Of a stretch of 64,000 bases of DNA, positions 29,601-38,741 are shown piece by piece. Each line of letters opens with the position of its first letter. The stretch's first letter is position 1. Source of the stretch: Candidatus Poribacteria bacterium. Lineage in GTDB: Bacteria; Poribacteria; WGA-4E; WGA-3G. Below the pieces are notes generated by a model, which saw nothing but the letters and a program-made list of their open reading frames with translations, searched no databases and was not told the DNA's origin. Made by a program: the position numbers and the translations under genes. The stretch is from assembly GCA_965205015.1 (NCBI GenBank), contig OZ242029.1:2976001-3040000 (forward strand), in the 5' to 3' direction.

Positions 29601-30503
29601 ATGGCGCATTCGGATTACAAAATTGGTGTTGTAGGGGTAGGCAGAATGGGCGCGAACATCGCCCGACATCTCAACGACGAAGGGTTTGATGTTACGGCTG
29701 TATACGATGTTGCAAGCGAACGTGCCCAAGAACTCGCAGCAGAAATCGGTGCAACGGCGGCGGGAGAACTCGCGAAGGTTACAGCACTCGCGGACTATAT
29801 TATTACTGTGGTTACGGACGATGCAGCAATGCGCGCCATTTTCTCGGACGATGCGGAGGACAGTTTACTTCAAGGCGCGTCCGGCACAGTCTTTATTAAC
29901 TGTGCAACGATTAGCCCTCAGGTCCACGTAGATATCGAGCAACTCGCAGCAAAACATGGGGCAGAGAGTCTTGAAGGATGTATGGCAAGTAGTATCACAC
30001 AAGCACGGGAGGGGACGCTCTACCTCATGTGCGGCGGTAAACAGGAAACATTCGACAAGGCACGCGCGATTCTGGATTCGATGAGCATCTCGCTCCGTTA
30101 CGTCGGTGAAGCCGGTCAAGCAGCACAGGTGAAAGCACTCGTCAATATGGTAATGAATATCAATACGGCAGGGCTCGCTGAAGGACTCGGCTTGGGTGCT
30201 GCACTCGGATTGGATCTGACGATGTTGCAGGAGGTTTTCGCACAAACGGGTGCAAACTCCCGCGTCTTGGAAACCGACGGGGAAGACATGGAGGCACGCG
30301 ATCATGAATGTTATTTCTCATCTGCGCATGCATCCAAAGATTCAGGGATCGCCCTTGACTTGGCGAACGATGCTGGTATTTCTCTCCCACTCGCTCAGGC
30401 AACGAAGGCACAGTACGATCGGATGATTGAACTCGGATTGGGGGATCTGGATAAGTCCGGTGTTGCTGAACTGACTTTCCCGGGACGGGGTCCAGGGAAG
30501 TAA
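29601..30503 (+). CDS. NAD(P)-dependent beta-hydroxyacid dehydrogenase (3-hydroxyisobutyrate DH family)
   Basis: IGVVGVGRMG, VKALVNM, KDSGIA; AAGGAGG RBS before ATG 29601. Confidence 0.86.
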   Translation: MAHSDYKIGVVGVGRMGANIARHLNDEGFDVTAVYDVASERAQELAAEIGATAAGELAKVTALADYIITVVTDDAAMRAIFSDDAEDSLLQGASGTVFINCATISPQVHVDIEQLAAKHGAESLEGCMASSITQAREGTLYLMCGGKQETFDKARAILDSMSISLRYVGEAGQAAQVKALVNMVMNINTAGLAEGLGLGAALGLDLTMLQEVFAQTGANSRVLETDGEDMEARDHECYFSSAHASKDSGIALDLANDAGISLPLAQATKAQYDRMIELGLGDLDKSGVAELTFPGRGPGK

Positions 30504-30563
30504 AAATGTCCGGGGTCTCATCACGAAATCAGGTTTAAGAAAGGAGCGTCAAATCGCAAACCT

Positions 30564-31313
30564 ATGATGTTTAACCACAAGGAAAGATTAAAAGGCGTCA
30601 TCCTCGCAGGTGGGCTCGGCACCCGTTTGTATCCACTCACAAAAGTCATCAGTAAGCATCTCTTGCCTGTAGGTAACGAGCCGATGGTGTTTCATAGCGT
30701 CAAGCAGCTTACGACTGCAGGCATCACCGATATCCTTATCGTGACGAACCCTCAATACGTTGGAGACTTCGTGAGGGCCTTGGGGAGTGGCAGTGATTTT
30801 GGATGTGAACTCACCTATCGAGTGCAAGAGGAAGCCAAAGGCATTGCGCATGCGCTTGCCCTGGCAGAAGGGTTCGCCGGCGCTGGCAAGATCGCCGTTC
30901 TGTTAGGTGACAACATCTTTGAAACCTCAATTCAGCAAGCCGTTAACGACTTCCACGCCCAACAGCAAGGGGCGCGAATCCTGCTCAAACAGGTATCGGA
31001 TCCTGAGCGTTACGGCGTAGCGACGTTGAACGGAAGGCATATCGTTGCGATAGAAGAGAAACCGAAGCATCCGAAAAGCGATTACGCGGTTGTAGGTGGC
31101 TATTTCTATGACGCATCCGTGTTCGACATCATTCGCACGGTTGAACCTTCAGCACGCGGGGAATACGAAATAACCGCTGTCAACAATGCCTATATTCAGC
31201 GCGGAAAACTTGAATACAGTTTTGTCCAGGGAAAATGGATTGACGCAGGGACCTTTGATTCGCTCACTGAAGCACATCAGATCTTGCTGAATTCCTCGGA
31301 TTGGCGGGGTTAA
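30564..31313 (+). CDS. Sugar-1-phosphate nucleotidyltransferase (glucose-1-phosphate thymidylyltransferase-like)
   Basis: GVILAGGLGTRLYPLTK, LGDN, IEEKP, SARGEYEIT, WIDAGT. Confidence 0.9.
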   Translation: MMFNHKERLKGVILAGGLGTRLYPLTKVISKHLLPVGNEPMVFHSVKQLTTAGITDILIVTNPQYVGDFVRALGSGSDFGCELTYRVQEEAKGIAHALALAEGFAGAGKIAVLLGDNIFETSIQQAVNDFHAQQQGARILLKQVSDPERYGVATLNGRHIVAIEEKPKHPKSDYAVVGGYFYDASVFDIIRTVEPSARGEYEITAVNNAYIQRGKLEYSFVQGKWIDAGTFDSLTEAHQILLNSSDWRG

Positions 31314-31398
31314 GAATTGTCGGTTAAGAAGTCCTCTGTTTAACGGAAGTCTCTTGTGCCTGAAAACCGATAACTGAAAGCGAAGCGAACTGAAAACT
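31309..31398. repeat. Heptamer-repeat inverted element
   Basis: GTCGGTTAAGAAG...CTCTT...(CTGAAAA/CCGATAA)n. Confidence 0.5.
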
Positions 31399-31405
31399 AT
31401 TAAAA

Positions 31406-32629
31406 ATGGCCGAAAAACTGATTCTATCCATCGTGGTCCCCGTTTACAATGAAGAGGAAAACGTTTGTCCGTTGTTTGAAAAAATCCAAGCCGTATGTGA
31501 GACAATCGGAGATTCTTATGAGGTGTTATTTGTAGATGACGGAAGCCACGATAGGACCTTCGCCGTACTTTCAGAACTCAGCAAACGGAAACCGCAGCTG
31601 GTCGTTATTCGATTCCAAAGAAATGCCGGACAAACCGCAGCGATGGCAGCAGGCTTTGAATTCGCACAAGGGCAACGGATCATTAGTATGGACGGTGATT
31701 TACAAAACGATCCAGCCGACATTCCGAAACTGCTTGAGAAATTGGACGAAGGTTACGATTTAGTGTGTGGATGGCGGCAAGAACGACAGGATAAATTTTT
31801 GACGCGGCGTGTTCCATCCATCATTGCGAACTGGATAATTGGCAAGGTGACGGGCGTTCCTATACACGACAACGGTTGCTCACTCAAAGCATACCGAGCC
31901 TCCGTTATCAAAGAGGTCCCGCTCTATGGAGAGATGCACCGATTTATTCCTGCGATGTCTACAATTGCAGGGGCACGTATCGCGGAAATGGTCGTTACAC
32001 ATCACCCGCGACGCTTCGGGAAAAGCAAGTACGGACTCGGTAGAGTATGGCGCGTGATACTGGATATTATCGCTTTCAAGTTTATCATCTCTGTCTTTTC
32101 ATCGCGTCCGGCTCCACAACAACCATCACTGCGACAGCGATTGTCAGATGTTCTTTTCCGTCCGAAGCAGCGAGCATTCCGAGTTGCTGCGTTCCTAAGT
32201 CTACCTTTCTTTGTGTTAGGACGTGTTTTATTCGGAAGTGCTAACAGTGCAGCACTGAGTTGCTTCGGCTTAGGGGTAGCCCTACTGATACTTGGCTGGA
32301 TAACTGAGGACAAAATTCAGCACGCTAAGAAAGCGTCAGCCACCTTAGGCACACTCGCGCGTTTTTTTATCGTTCAGTGTAAACGGAGACCTATTCGGTT
32401 GTTTGGACCTATTGGCGTGGCGTTATTCGGACTCGGTGGGATCTTACGACTCGCGCCTATCAACTCTCTTTTGCTGAAAATTTTGGACGTTGGGTCATCG
32501 AATCCGAGTGTTATTTTTATCACTGGCGGCATCTTCGTATTCTGCTTCGGTTTGTTTGGTGAAATTATCACATTTGCGAACGCAGGACGGGTAAAAGACT
32601 ACACGGTCTCGGAGGTCACGAAAAGGTAA
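31406..32629 (+). CDS. GT2 glycosyltransferase (ArnC/polyprenol-phosphate glycosyltransferase-like) with extended TM C-terminus
   Basis: LSIVVPVYNEE, FVDDGS, MDGDLQNDP, EMHRFIP. Confidence 0.88.
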   Translation: MAEKLILSIVVPVYNEEENVCPLFEKIQAVCETIGDSYEVLFVDDGSHDRTFAVLSELSKRKPQLVVIRFQRNAGQTAAMAAGFEFAQGQRIISMDGDLQNDPADIPKLLEKLDEGYDLVCGWRQERQDKFLTRRVPSIIANWIIGKVTGVPIHDNGCSLKAYRASVIKEVPLYGEMHRFIPAMSTIAGARIAEMVVTHHPRRFGKSKYGLGRVWRVILDIIAFKFIISVFSSRPAPQQPSLRQRLSDVLFRPKQRAFRVAAFLSLPFFVLGRVLFGSANSAALSCFGLGVALLILGWITEDKIQHAKKASATLGTLARFFIVQCKRRPIRLFGPIGVALFGLGGILRLAPINSLLLKILDVGSSNPSVIFITGGIFVFCFGLFGEIITFANAGRVKDYTVSEVTKR

Positions 32630-32635
32630 GATATA

Positions 32636-33799
32636 GTGAATAGTGCTTCTGTCGGGAATCGGAGTTCCCTCCTACAGCAAGATTGGCGGCGTGAATTTCC
32701 GGTAACTGAAACTTATATCTATATGAACCATGCGGGGGTTGCCCCGTTATCGCTTCGGGTGCGGGACGCGATGGCAGGATTTATAGAGGATGCGACGCTG
32801 AACGGTGCCGTGAATGCCGAACAGTGGGCGGAAACAGCCGAAGTATGTCGTGCAGCGGCAGCACAACTTATCAATGCGGATACCACAGAAGTCGCATTCA
32901 TGAAGAATACAACACAAGGTATTCTTATCGCGGCCAACGGTATTGAGTGGCGAGAAGGGGACAATGTCGTCACGACAGCAGTCGAATTTCCTGCCAATAT
33001 TTATCCGTGGTGGAGTTTGAAAGAACGCTACGGTGTTCAAACGCGCATGGTGCCGGAGCGAGATGGGTGCATTCATATTGAGGATATCGCTTCCGCGATT
33101 GACACACGGACACGTGCTTTGACAATCAGCCATGTAGAGTTCGCCTCCGGGTTCCGAAACGATATTCAGGCACTCGGCGAGCTGTGCCGAGCACACAATA
33201 TTTGGTTCATCGTTGATGCCATTCAAAGCCTCGGCGCGATCGAAGTAGATGTGAAATCTTGTCATGTTGATATTCTGGCAGCGGATGGACATAAATGGCT
33301 ATTGGCACCGGAGGGTGCGGCAATCTTCTATTGTGCCGACGAAAAACGTGAGCGACTCATCAATACCAATATTGGGTGGTCGAGTGTCGTAAACCCACGC
33401 GATTTTCTCAATTACGATTTAACCCAGAAACCGGACGCGACCCGTTTTGAGGAAGGCTCTTACAACAGCGTCGGACTTTATGGACTCAAAGCAGCGATTG
33501 ACTTACTCCTTGACATCGGTATCCCTACAATTGAGGGGCGCATTTTGGAACTCACGAAGCGTTTAATAGGAGGATTAGAAGCCAAAGGCTATCGTGTCAA
33601 CACACCGAAAACAGATTCAGAGCGAGCGGGGATTGTCATTTTTGAAAGTGAATGGCACACACCTTCTGAAGTTTATGAGAGACTCCACACTGAGAAGATA
33701 ATTACAGCAGAACGCGGAAGTGGTGTCAGAGTCTCTCCTCATTTTTACAACACACCATCTGAGGTCGAACGCCTGCTTGAAGTGCTACCAGACCTGTAA
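32636..33799 (+). CDS. Class V PLP-dependent aminotransferase (cysteine desulfurase/lyase-like)
   Basis: YMNHAGVAP, VDAIQSLG, ADGHKWL, RVSPHFYN. Confidence 0.87.
   Translation: MNSASVGNRSSLLQQDWRREFPVTETYIYMNHAGVAPLSLRVRDAMAGFIEDATLNGAVNAEQWAETAEVCRAAAAQLINADTTEVAFMKNTTQGILIAANGIEWREGDNVVTTAVEFPANIYPWWSLKERYGVQTRMVPERDGCIHIEDIASAIDTRTRALTISHVEFASGFRNDIQALGELCRAHNIWFIVDAIQSLGAIEVDVKSCHVDILAADGHKWLLAPEGAAIFYCADEKRERLINTNIGWSSVVNPRDFLNYDLTQKPDATRFEEGSYNSVGLYGLKAAIDLLLDIGIPTIEGRILELTKRLIGGLEAKGYRVNTPKTDSERAGIVIFESEWHTPSEVYERLHTEKIITAERGSGVRVSPHFYNTPSEVERLLEVLPDL
32650..32675 (-). repeat. GTAG-type REP within the N-terminal coding region
   Basis: GTAGGAGGGAACTCCGATTCCCGACA; sibling at 20097..20122. 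Confidence 0.7.
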
Positions 33800-33832
33800 G
33801 TTCAATGGTTACTACTAAAAAAGGAAAAACAA

Positions 33833-35458
33833 TTGAGTATACATCAACAAAACAGCACTCAGGCACATACAGCACGCCAGTCATCGCCTGAGAGGAAAGC
33901 GTTGATGAAGGACAGGAAAGATGGATGGACGGGTGTTCCTAATCTTCCAATCTTCCAATCTTCCAATCTTCTCTTCCGACAGCCTCTCTTTTACCTGTCG
34001 CTTATGTTAGGCATACTGTTGATATTCAATGCCTGTACGATGCCCGGCGGTGATCAGAAGATTAGCAAGATCCGCCTCTCCATCCAAAATACATTACCGC
34101 TTCCTCGAAAGAGGGTTCCGATTGTGTTGACCGGTGCACAACTCCGAAAAGTGAATCCCGATTTCACCTTTAAAGCCTATTCCGTCGTTACCGGAAAAGC
34201 GCCGCGAGAAGTGATGGTTCCATCGCAAGCAGATGACTTAGACTATGACGGTGAACTCGATCAGCTCTGTTTTCTGTTGGATTTAGAGTCTGAACAGACA
34301 AAGGAGATTTCCATTCTTTATGATCCAAATGTCAAAGCGACGTTAACACTGGATATTAATAAACAGACGCGCGCCGTTATCTTTCCCGAACTCAACGTCG
34401 TGGCAGCAATGGAATCGAATTTGATTGCGTATTTATTAAAACCGAACGGTGCCTTCATCGCTTATGGTAAAAAACGAGCGGAATTATTCAGCGTAGATAC
34501 AATGTTTCAACCCGAATTAGATTACGAAAGACCGCCCTCACCGGAACTCAGACACCATTTCGAGAACAACGACATCCCCCTCTCCCAACAGGTCCAAATA
34601 GAAATAGAGAAACCGGAGCAAAAATGGATCATCCGCGATCTTGAGAATCAGGAAATCTACTTTATCCGAAAATCGCACAATATTGAAACCGGTCTTGAGC
34701 AAGAGGCTACAACAGAAGGGCAGTTGGACATAGTTCAGTCGATTGGCTTATCACTGAACGCACTTCTCAAACCTGAAACACCCGAGATGGTTGCGCTAAA
34801 TCGTTCTGAGGGTCTCATAGGTTGTGGCGGCATTGCCTTGTGGCATAAGGAAAAAGAGGAGATGATCCCACTCCCCACGGAAGGGGATTACGTCCGTATC
34901 CTCGCTGATGGGTCCATCCGTTCTATTGTCCAACGGATTATACCAGCGTGGAAAATTCAAGAGAGGACCCACCGGTTAACGTTAACCGCCTTCATCTATG
35001 GAGATAATCCGTGGATCGAGCATCATATCCATATTGATGGTAATCTCGCAACGGATTATGCTATTGCTACAGGTATCCCATACCTGAATGGGGCTTATGG
35101 AGAGGACAGAAAGCAGGGGTGGATATGGAGTTGGGGGGCGGATCCAAGCAACATAGATACACTGGGTGTCGCTCTCATTGCCCCCACGCATCGCGATGTA
35201 CAGGAGGCAAAGGCGCGAGCCTCTATAGGAGACCTGCGGGACAATGCTGCTCACGAAGCATCGGAGAGTTCTCTTTTGCCAGTTATCCTCACCCCTGATG
35301 CAGAAGGCAGACTCAATTATCGGACGTTTGCTATCTGGGGAGGTGGCATTGATGGCGTTGAGACCGAGACGGAATTCGCGGAACATGTTCAAATTACAAC
35401 GACTGCGTTGAAGACCCCGCCACACATCAAGTTCCTACCGAAAGAAGAAGAAAAGTAG
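33833..35458 (+). CDS. Putative lipoprotein (DUF4861-like; start uncertain)
   Basis: LLIFNAC lipobox, PSQADDLDYDGELDQLCF, IGCGGIALW; AATCTTCC octamer tandem at ~33943-33970. Confidence 0.62.
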   Translation: MSIHQQNSTQAHTARQSSPERKALMKDRKDGWTGVPNLPIFQSSNLLFRQPLFYLSLMLGILLIFNACTMPGGDQKISKIRLSIQNTLPLPRKRVPIVLTGAQLRKVNPDFTFKAYSVVTGKAPREVMVPSQADDLDYDGELDQLCFLLDLESEQTKEISILYDPNVKATLTLDINKQTRAVIFPELNVVAAMESNLIAYLLKPNGAFIAYGKKRAELFSVDTMFQPELDYERPPSPELRHHFENNDIPLSQQVQIEIEKPEQKWIIRDLENQEIYFIRKSHNIETGLEQEATTEGQLDIVQSIGLSLNALLKPETPEMVALNRSEGLIGCGGIALWHKEKEEMIPLPTEGDYVRILADGSIRSIVQRIIPAWKIQERTHRLTLTAFIYGDNPWIEHHIHIDGNLATDYAIATGIPYLNGAYGEDRKQGWIWSWGADPSNIDTLGVALIAPTHRDVQEAKARASIGDLRDNAAHEASESSLLPVILTPDAEGRLNYRTFAIWGGGIDGVETETEFAEHVQITTTALKTPPHIKFLPKEEEK

Positions 35459-35481
35459 GGGCGAGGTTACCTCGTCCCTAC
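35455..35481 (+). repeat. GTAG-type REP supplying the TAG stop of the upstream gene
   Basis: GTAGGGGCGAGGTTACCTCGTCCCTAC; sibling at 58060..58086. Confidence 0.75.
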
Positions 35482-35495
35482 AATTGGAGAAAACG

Positions 35496-36095
35496 ATGCT
35501 CATCAAGGAAGAGTGCTTGCAACTTATTGCAAACCAACGTACGGACGAAATCGTCGTCACAACAATGGGAACCACAGTGCCGTGGGGTAAAATATCAACA
35601 CATCCGTTGGATTACGCCTCCGTCGGGAGTGCGATGGGACACGCTGCCGATTTCGCACTCGGCATCGCACTTGCTAAACCCGATAAAAAGGTGATCGTGC
35701 TCAATGGTGACGGGAGTATGTTGATGTGCTTAGGGACATTGGCGACGATTACCGCTCTGAACACACCACCCCCTAACTATCTGCTCTTTGTCTGTGACAA
35801 CGGCACCTACGAAGTCACGGGCAATCAACCGGTGCCTGCTGGCAATGCGGGTTTCAGCTGGACCACGATTGCGAGAGGGGTCGGTTTTGAGAAGGTTTAT
35901 GAATTTGACAATCCGGACGTTTTGGATGAAGCACTCCCGAAAATCTGGAGTGAAACTGGACCCACTTTTGTGAATCTGAAGATTGTGCAAGCGCATGAAC
36001 CGCCGCCGGATCGGTGGGGTGGTTTTCCGTATCCGTATCTGCAAGAGTCACTCGCCGAATCCACGCATAAATTAAAAGAAGCACTTGCCAAGTAG
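35496..36095 (+). CDS. TPP-dependent decarboxylase beta subunit (sulfopyruvate/phosphonopyruvate decarboxylase-like)
   Basis: GSAMG, LNGDGSMLM...DNGTYEVTGNQ TPP motif; GGAG RBS. Confidence 0.82.
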   Translation: MLIKEECLQLIANQRTDEIVVTTMGTTVPWGKISTHPLDYASVGSAMGHAADFALGIALAKPDKKVIVLNGDGSMLMCLGTLATITALNTPPPNYLLFVCDNGTYEVTGNQPVPAGNAGFSWTTIARGVGFEKVYEFDNPDVLDEALPKIWSETGPTFVNLKIVQAHEPPPDRWGGFPYPYLQESLAESTHKLKEALAK

Positions 36096-36120
36096 TAGGC
36101 ACGCTCCACCGTGCCGTAAC
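36091..36120 (+). repeat. GTAG-type REP overlapping a stop codon
   Basis: AGTAGTAGGCACGCTCCACCGTGCCGTAAC. Confidence 0.65.
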
Positions 36121-36133
36121 CCATAGGACAATT

Positions 36134-37036
36134 ATGGAAACCACCACAAAATTAGAAACTCGACGGATGGGGCGCACTGAGATGCGGCCGAACGCGCTTG
36201 CGCTCGGTGCAGCATGGATGTGGCAGAAACCGGATGCTGAAGTTATTGAAGCGATCCGACGCGGTATCGAACTCGGGATTAATTACATTGATACGTATCC
36301 AGGGCATGCCGAACATCTCTGGGGAGAAGCACTCTCTGATGGCGTGAGGGAAAGGGTCTATTTGCAGGCGAAGGTAGGCACACATCCAGAGCGACGGAAA
36401 GACTTCTCAGCGGACGGGACGCGATGGAGTGTGACAAACAGTCTCAAAAGTCTCCGCACGGAGGTCCTGGATTCTGTCCTCATCCACGATCCGATCGATA
36501 TGGAGAGTGTACTGGCACCCGGATGTGCCTTGGATACACTGTTAGAGATGAAGTCGGAAGGCTGTATTCGACATATCGGTGCGGGTGTCCGCTCCCATGA
36601 ATTCCACACAGAGCTCATCGAAACAGGACATATCGACATCATCCTTACTTTCTTAGACTATACGCTGTTGTCTCAATCTGTGTCGGAGACAACCTTGCCA
36701 CTGGCGCGCGAACACGATGTCGGCATCATTCTCGCGAGTCCCTTAGGCATGGGAAGTCTGACCGGTGCAGAACCCAATGTAGAGGAGGAACGCCGCCGGA
36801 ATCCGGATGCTGAGCCGAAGGCATACGCAATGTGGAAATGGTGTCAGGAACGCAATGTTAACATCCGTCATTTGGCGATGCAGTTTTGTCTTGCTGCCCC
36901 TATAGACGGTGTCGTGATGTTCGGTCCCGCGGATAAGGCACAGGTCGAAGACGGATATGCAGCGGCGACGGCTGACATCCCAGAACATATTTGGGAGACG
37001 TTTGAGGCGGAGTTTGGTATCAAACGTGGTATGTAG
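36134..37036 (+). CDS. Aldo/keto reductase
   Basis: GINYIDTYP, LQAKVG, SLKSLRT, LIHD, ASPLGMG. Confidence 0.87.
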   Translation: METTTKLETRRMGRTEMRPNALALGAAWMWQKPDAEVIEAIRRGIELGINYIDTYPGHAEHLWGEALSDGVRERVYLQAKVGTHPERRKDFSADGTRWSVTNSLKSLRTEVLDSVLIHDPIDMESVLAPGCALDTLLEMKSEGCIRHIGAGVRSHEFHTELIETGHIDIILTFLDYTLLSQSVSETTLPLAREHDVGIILASPLGMGSLTGAEPNVEEERRRNPDAEPKAYAMWKWCQERNVNIRHLAMQFCLAAPIDGVVMFGPADKAQVEDGYAAATADIPEHIWETFEAEFGIKRGM

Positions 37037-37090
37037 TTAATTGTCTAAGTCTCGAATTTTCGCGTTTCGTATTCATCAATAACTTAAGAC

Positions 37091-37696
37091 TCAAGCCTTT
37101 TGTGCTACCATGCTTGCGAGAATACCGAGAATTTTGTCGCATCGTTCGAGCATGTAAGTAGACATGTCAATATGGAGTCGCTTGCCTTCCAATTTGAGAA
37201 AGAGCCAATTGACTCCTGTCGTGGTGGCACCGTAAACACGTGAAATGTCGTTCTCTTTTTCAGCATTAAAGCGTTGGGCGGCAATCATCTCCGCTACACA
37301 CTGTCCGAGGCCTGTTATGAGATCATCCTTCTTCGCTTCAACAAGGATAATGACAGGTGACTCCAAATAGTACTGATTTGGGGATAAGCTCACCAAAAAA
37401 TCGCACACGCCTGTGAGGTCATTTTCGGTATCGACATTGAAATCAATGCCTGAAAAGAGGCTGATGCAGTGCTCAAAGTGTTCTCGGAGTTCAATGAGGA
37501 CATCGGCGACAATCATCTCCGATTTCGCTTTCTCCGTGCCTATTGCAACGGCTAATGGAACCTTTTTTGCTAACGCTTTGGTGAGTTCCGCGCTCGGTTC
37601 GACTCGCTCTGTTTCGGAAAAGAGTCCTGTGGACTGAACCATTTCGAGTTGAAATGTTTCTCTGACTGTTTCCAAGGTAAAGTTGCTATAAGCCAT
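37091..37696 (-). CDS. Conserved protein with PD-(D/E)xK-like motif
   Basis: GVCDFL...LVEAKKDD...GLGQCVAEM...YGATTTG. Confidence 0.65.
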   Translation of the reverse strand: MAYSNFTLETVRETFQLEMVQSTGLFSETERVEPSAELTKALAKKVPLAVAIGTEKAKSEMIVADVLIELREHFEHCISLFSGIDFNVDTENDLTGVCDFLVSLSPNQYYLESPVIILVEAKKDDLITGLGQCVAEMIAAQRFNAEKENDISRVYGATTTGVNWLFLKLEGKRLHIDMSTYMLERCDKILGILASMVAQKA

Positions 37697-37733
37697 GTAT
37701 TGAATCCTCCGTTTGTTCGATGCGATGGATTCT

Positions 37734-38534
37734 TTAGGTCTTTACACCAATCGCCAAATCTGACGTGAATTGTTTCACCGCAGTGAGCAATTTGGCTTCG
37801 TTGTCCATATTGTCTTCAATGACATTGACAATGGCACTCCCAACAATCACACCATCGGCGATCTGCGCGACCTGCGTTGCCTGATCTGGTGTTGATATAC
37901 CGAAACCGACGCTAATCGGTTTATCTGTATGTTTCCGCAGTTCTGCAATCATGGGCGAGATTTCATCCGACAACATCGCCCGCGCCCCGGTTACACCCGT
38001 GACTGAGACACAATAGATAAATCCCGTGCTGACCGATGCGATCAGTTGCATCCGTTCCGGCGGACTTGTCGGTGCGGCGAGAAAGATCGTGGCGAGGTTA
38101 TAGTTCGGTGCGACTTCAAGGAGCGCTTGTGCTTGTTCAGGTGGTAAGTCTGGGACGATAACACCGTCGACCCCTGCGGCTTGGGCAGCCTTACAAAATG
38201 CGTCCTCTCCCATCCGAAAAATCGGATTATAGTAGCTCATGAGCGCAATCGGGATGTCCGTCTGTGTGCGGAGGGTTGTCACCATCTCAAGGATCTGTTG
38301 AAGTGAAATGCGATGGGTGAGTGCGCGTTCGCTGGCGCGTTGGACGGTGGGTCCGTCCGCGATTGGATCAGAAAAAGGGACACCGAGTTCGATGATGTCT
38401 GCGCCTGCTTCCTCAAGTGTAAGGAGGAGTTTGGAGGTAAGTTCCGGGGTTGGGTCTCCGGCACAGAGATATGGCATAAATGCCTTAGCACTTTGGTCTC
38501 GGAGTTCTTGAAATTTTTTATCAATTCGGTTCAT
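37734..38534 (-). CDS. trpA: Tryptophan synthase alpha chain
   Basis: IELGVPFSDPIADGPTVQ, YYNPI, VSVTGVTG, VGFGIS; start at MNRID. Confidence 0.96.
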   Translation of the reverse strand: MNRIDKKFQELRDQSAKAFMPYLCAGDPTPELTSKLLLTLEEAGADIIELGVPFSDPIADGPTVQRASERALTHRISLQQILEMVTTLRTQTDIPIALMSYYNPIFRMGEDAFCKAAQAAGVDGVIVPDLPPEQAQALLEVAPNYNLATIFLAAPTSPPERMQLIASVSTGFIYCVSVTGVTGARAMLSDEISPMIAELRKHTDKPISVGFGISTPDQATQVAQIADGVIVGSAIVNVIEDNMDNEAKLLTAVKQFTSDLAIGVKT

Positions 38535-38575
38535 GGATATGATTGAGTTTCGCTTTCTGTTAATATGTTTTCTCA

Positions 38576-38604
38576 ATTATACCTTGCACGAATTGAATTG
38601 TCAA
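38576..38604 (-). promoter_or_regulatory. Consensus sigma70 promoter of trpA
   Basis: TTGACA-N17-TATAAT. Confidence 0.8.
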
Positions 38605-38741
38605 GCGGAGTTTTGTCAGTGAACCGGGAGTTTCAGTTGCGTGCGAACAGCGTGCCGCACTTCATCACAAATCGGTTCCTCCTATTGGCTATTTTCGCGT
38701 CAATCTTATCTATCCATATATTTTTCGATTTTACTATAATC

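Noticed and set aside
38630-38680. AGGAGG followed by tiny ORF MMKCGTLFARN upstream of trpA as a leader peptide
   Set aside because: No Trp codons, no attenuator, and it lies upstream of the trpA promoter.
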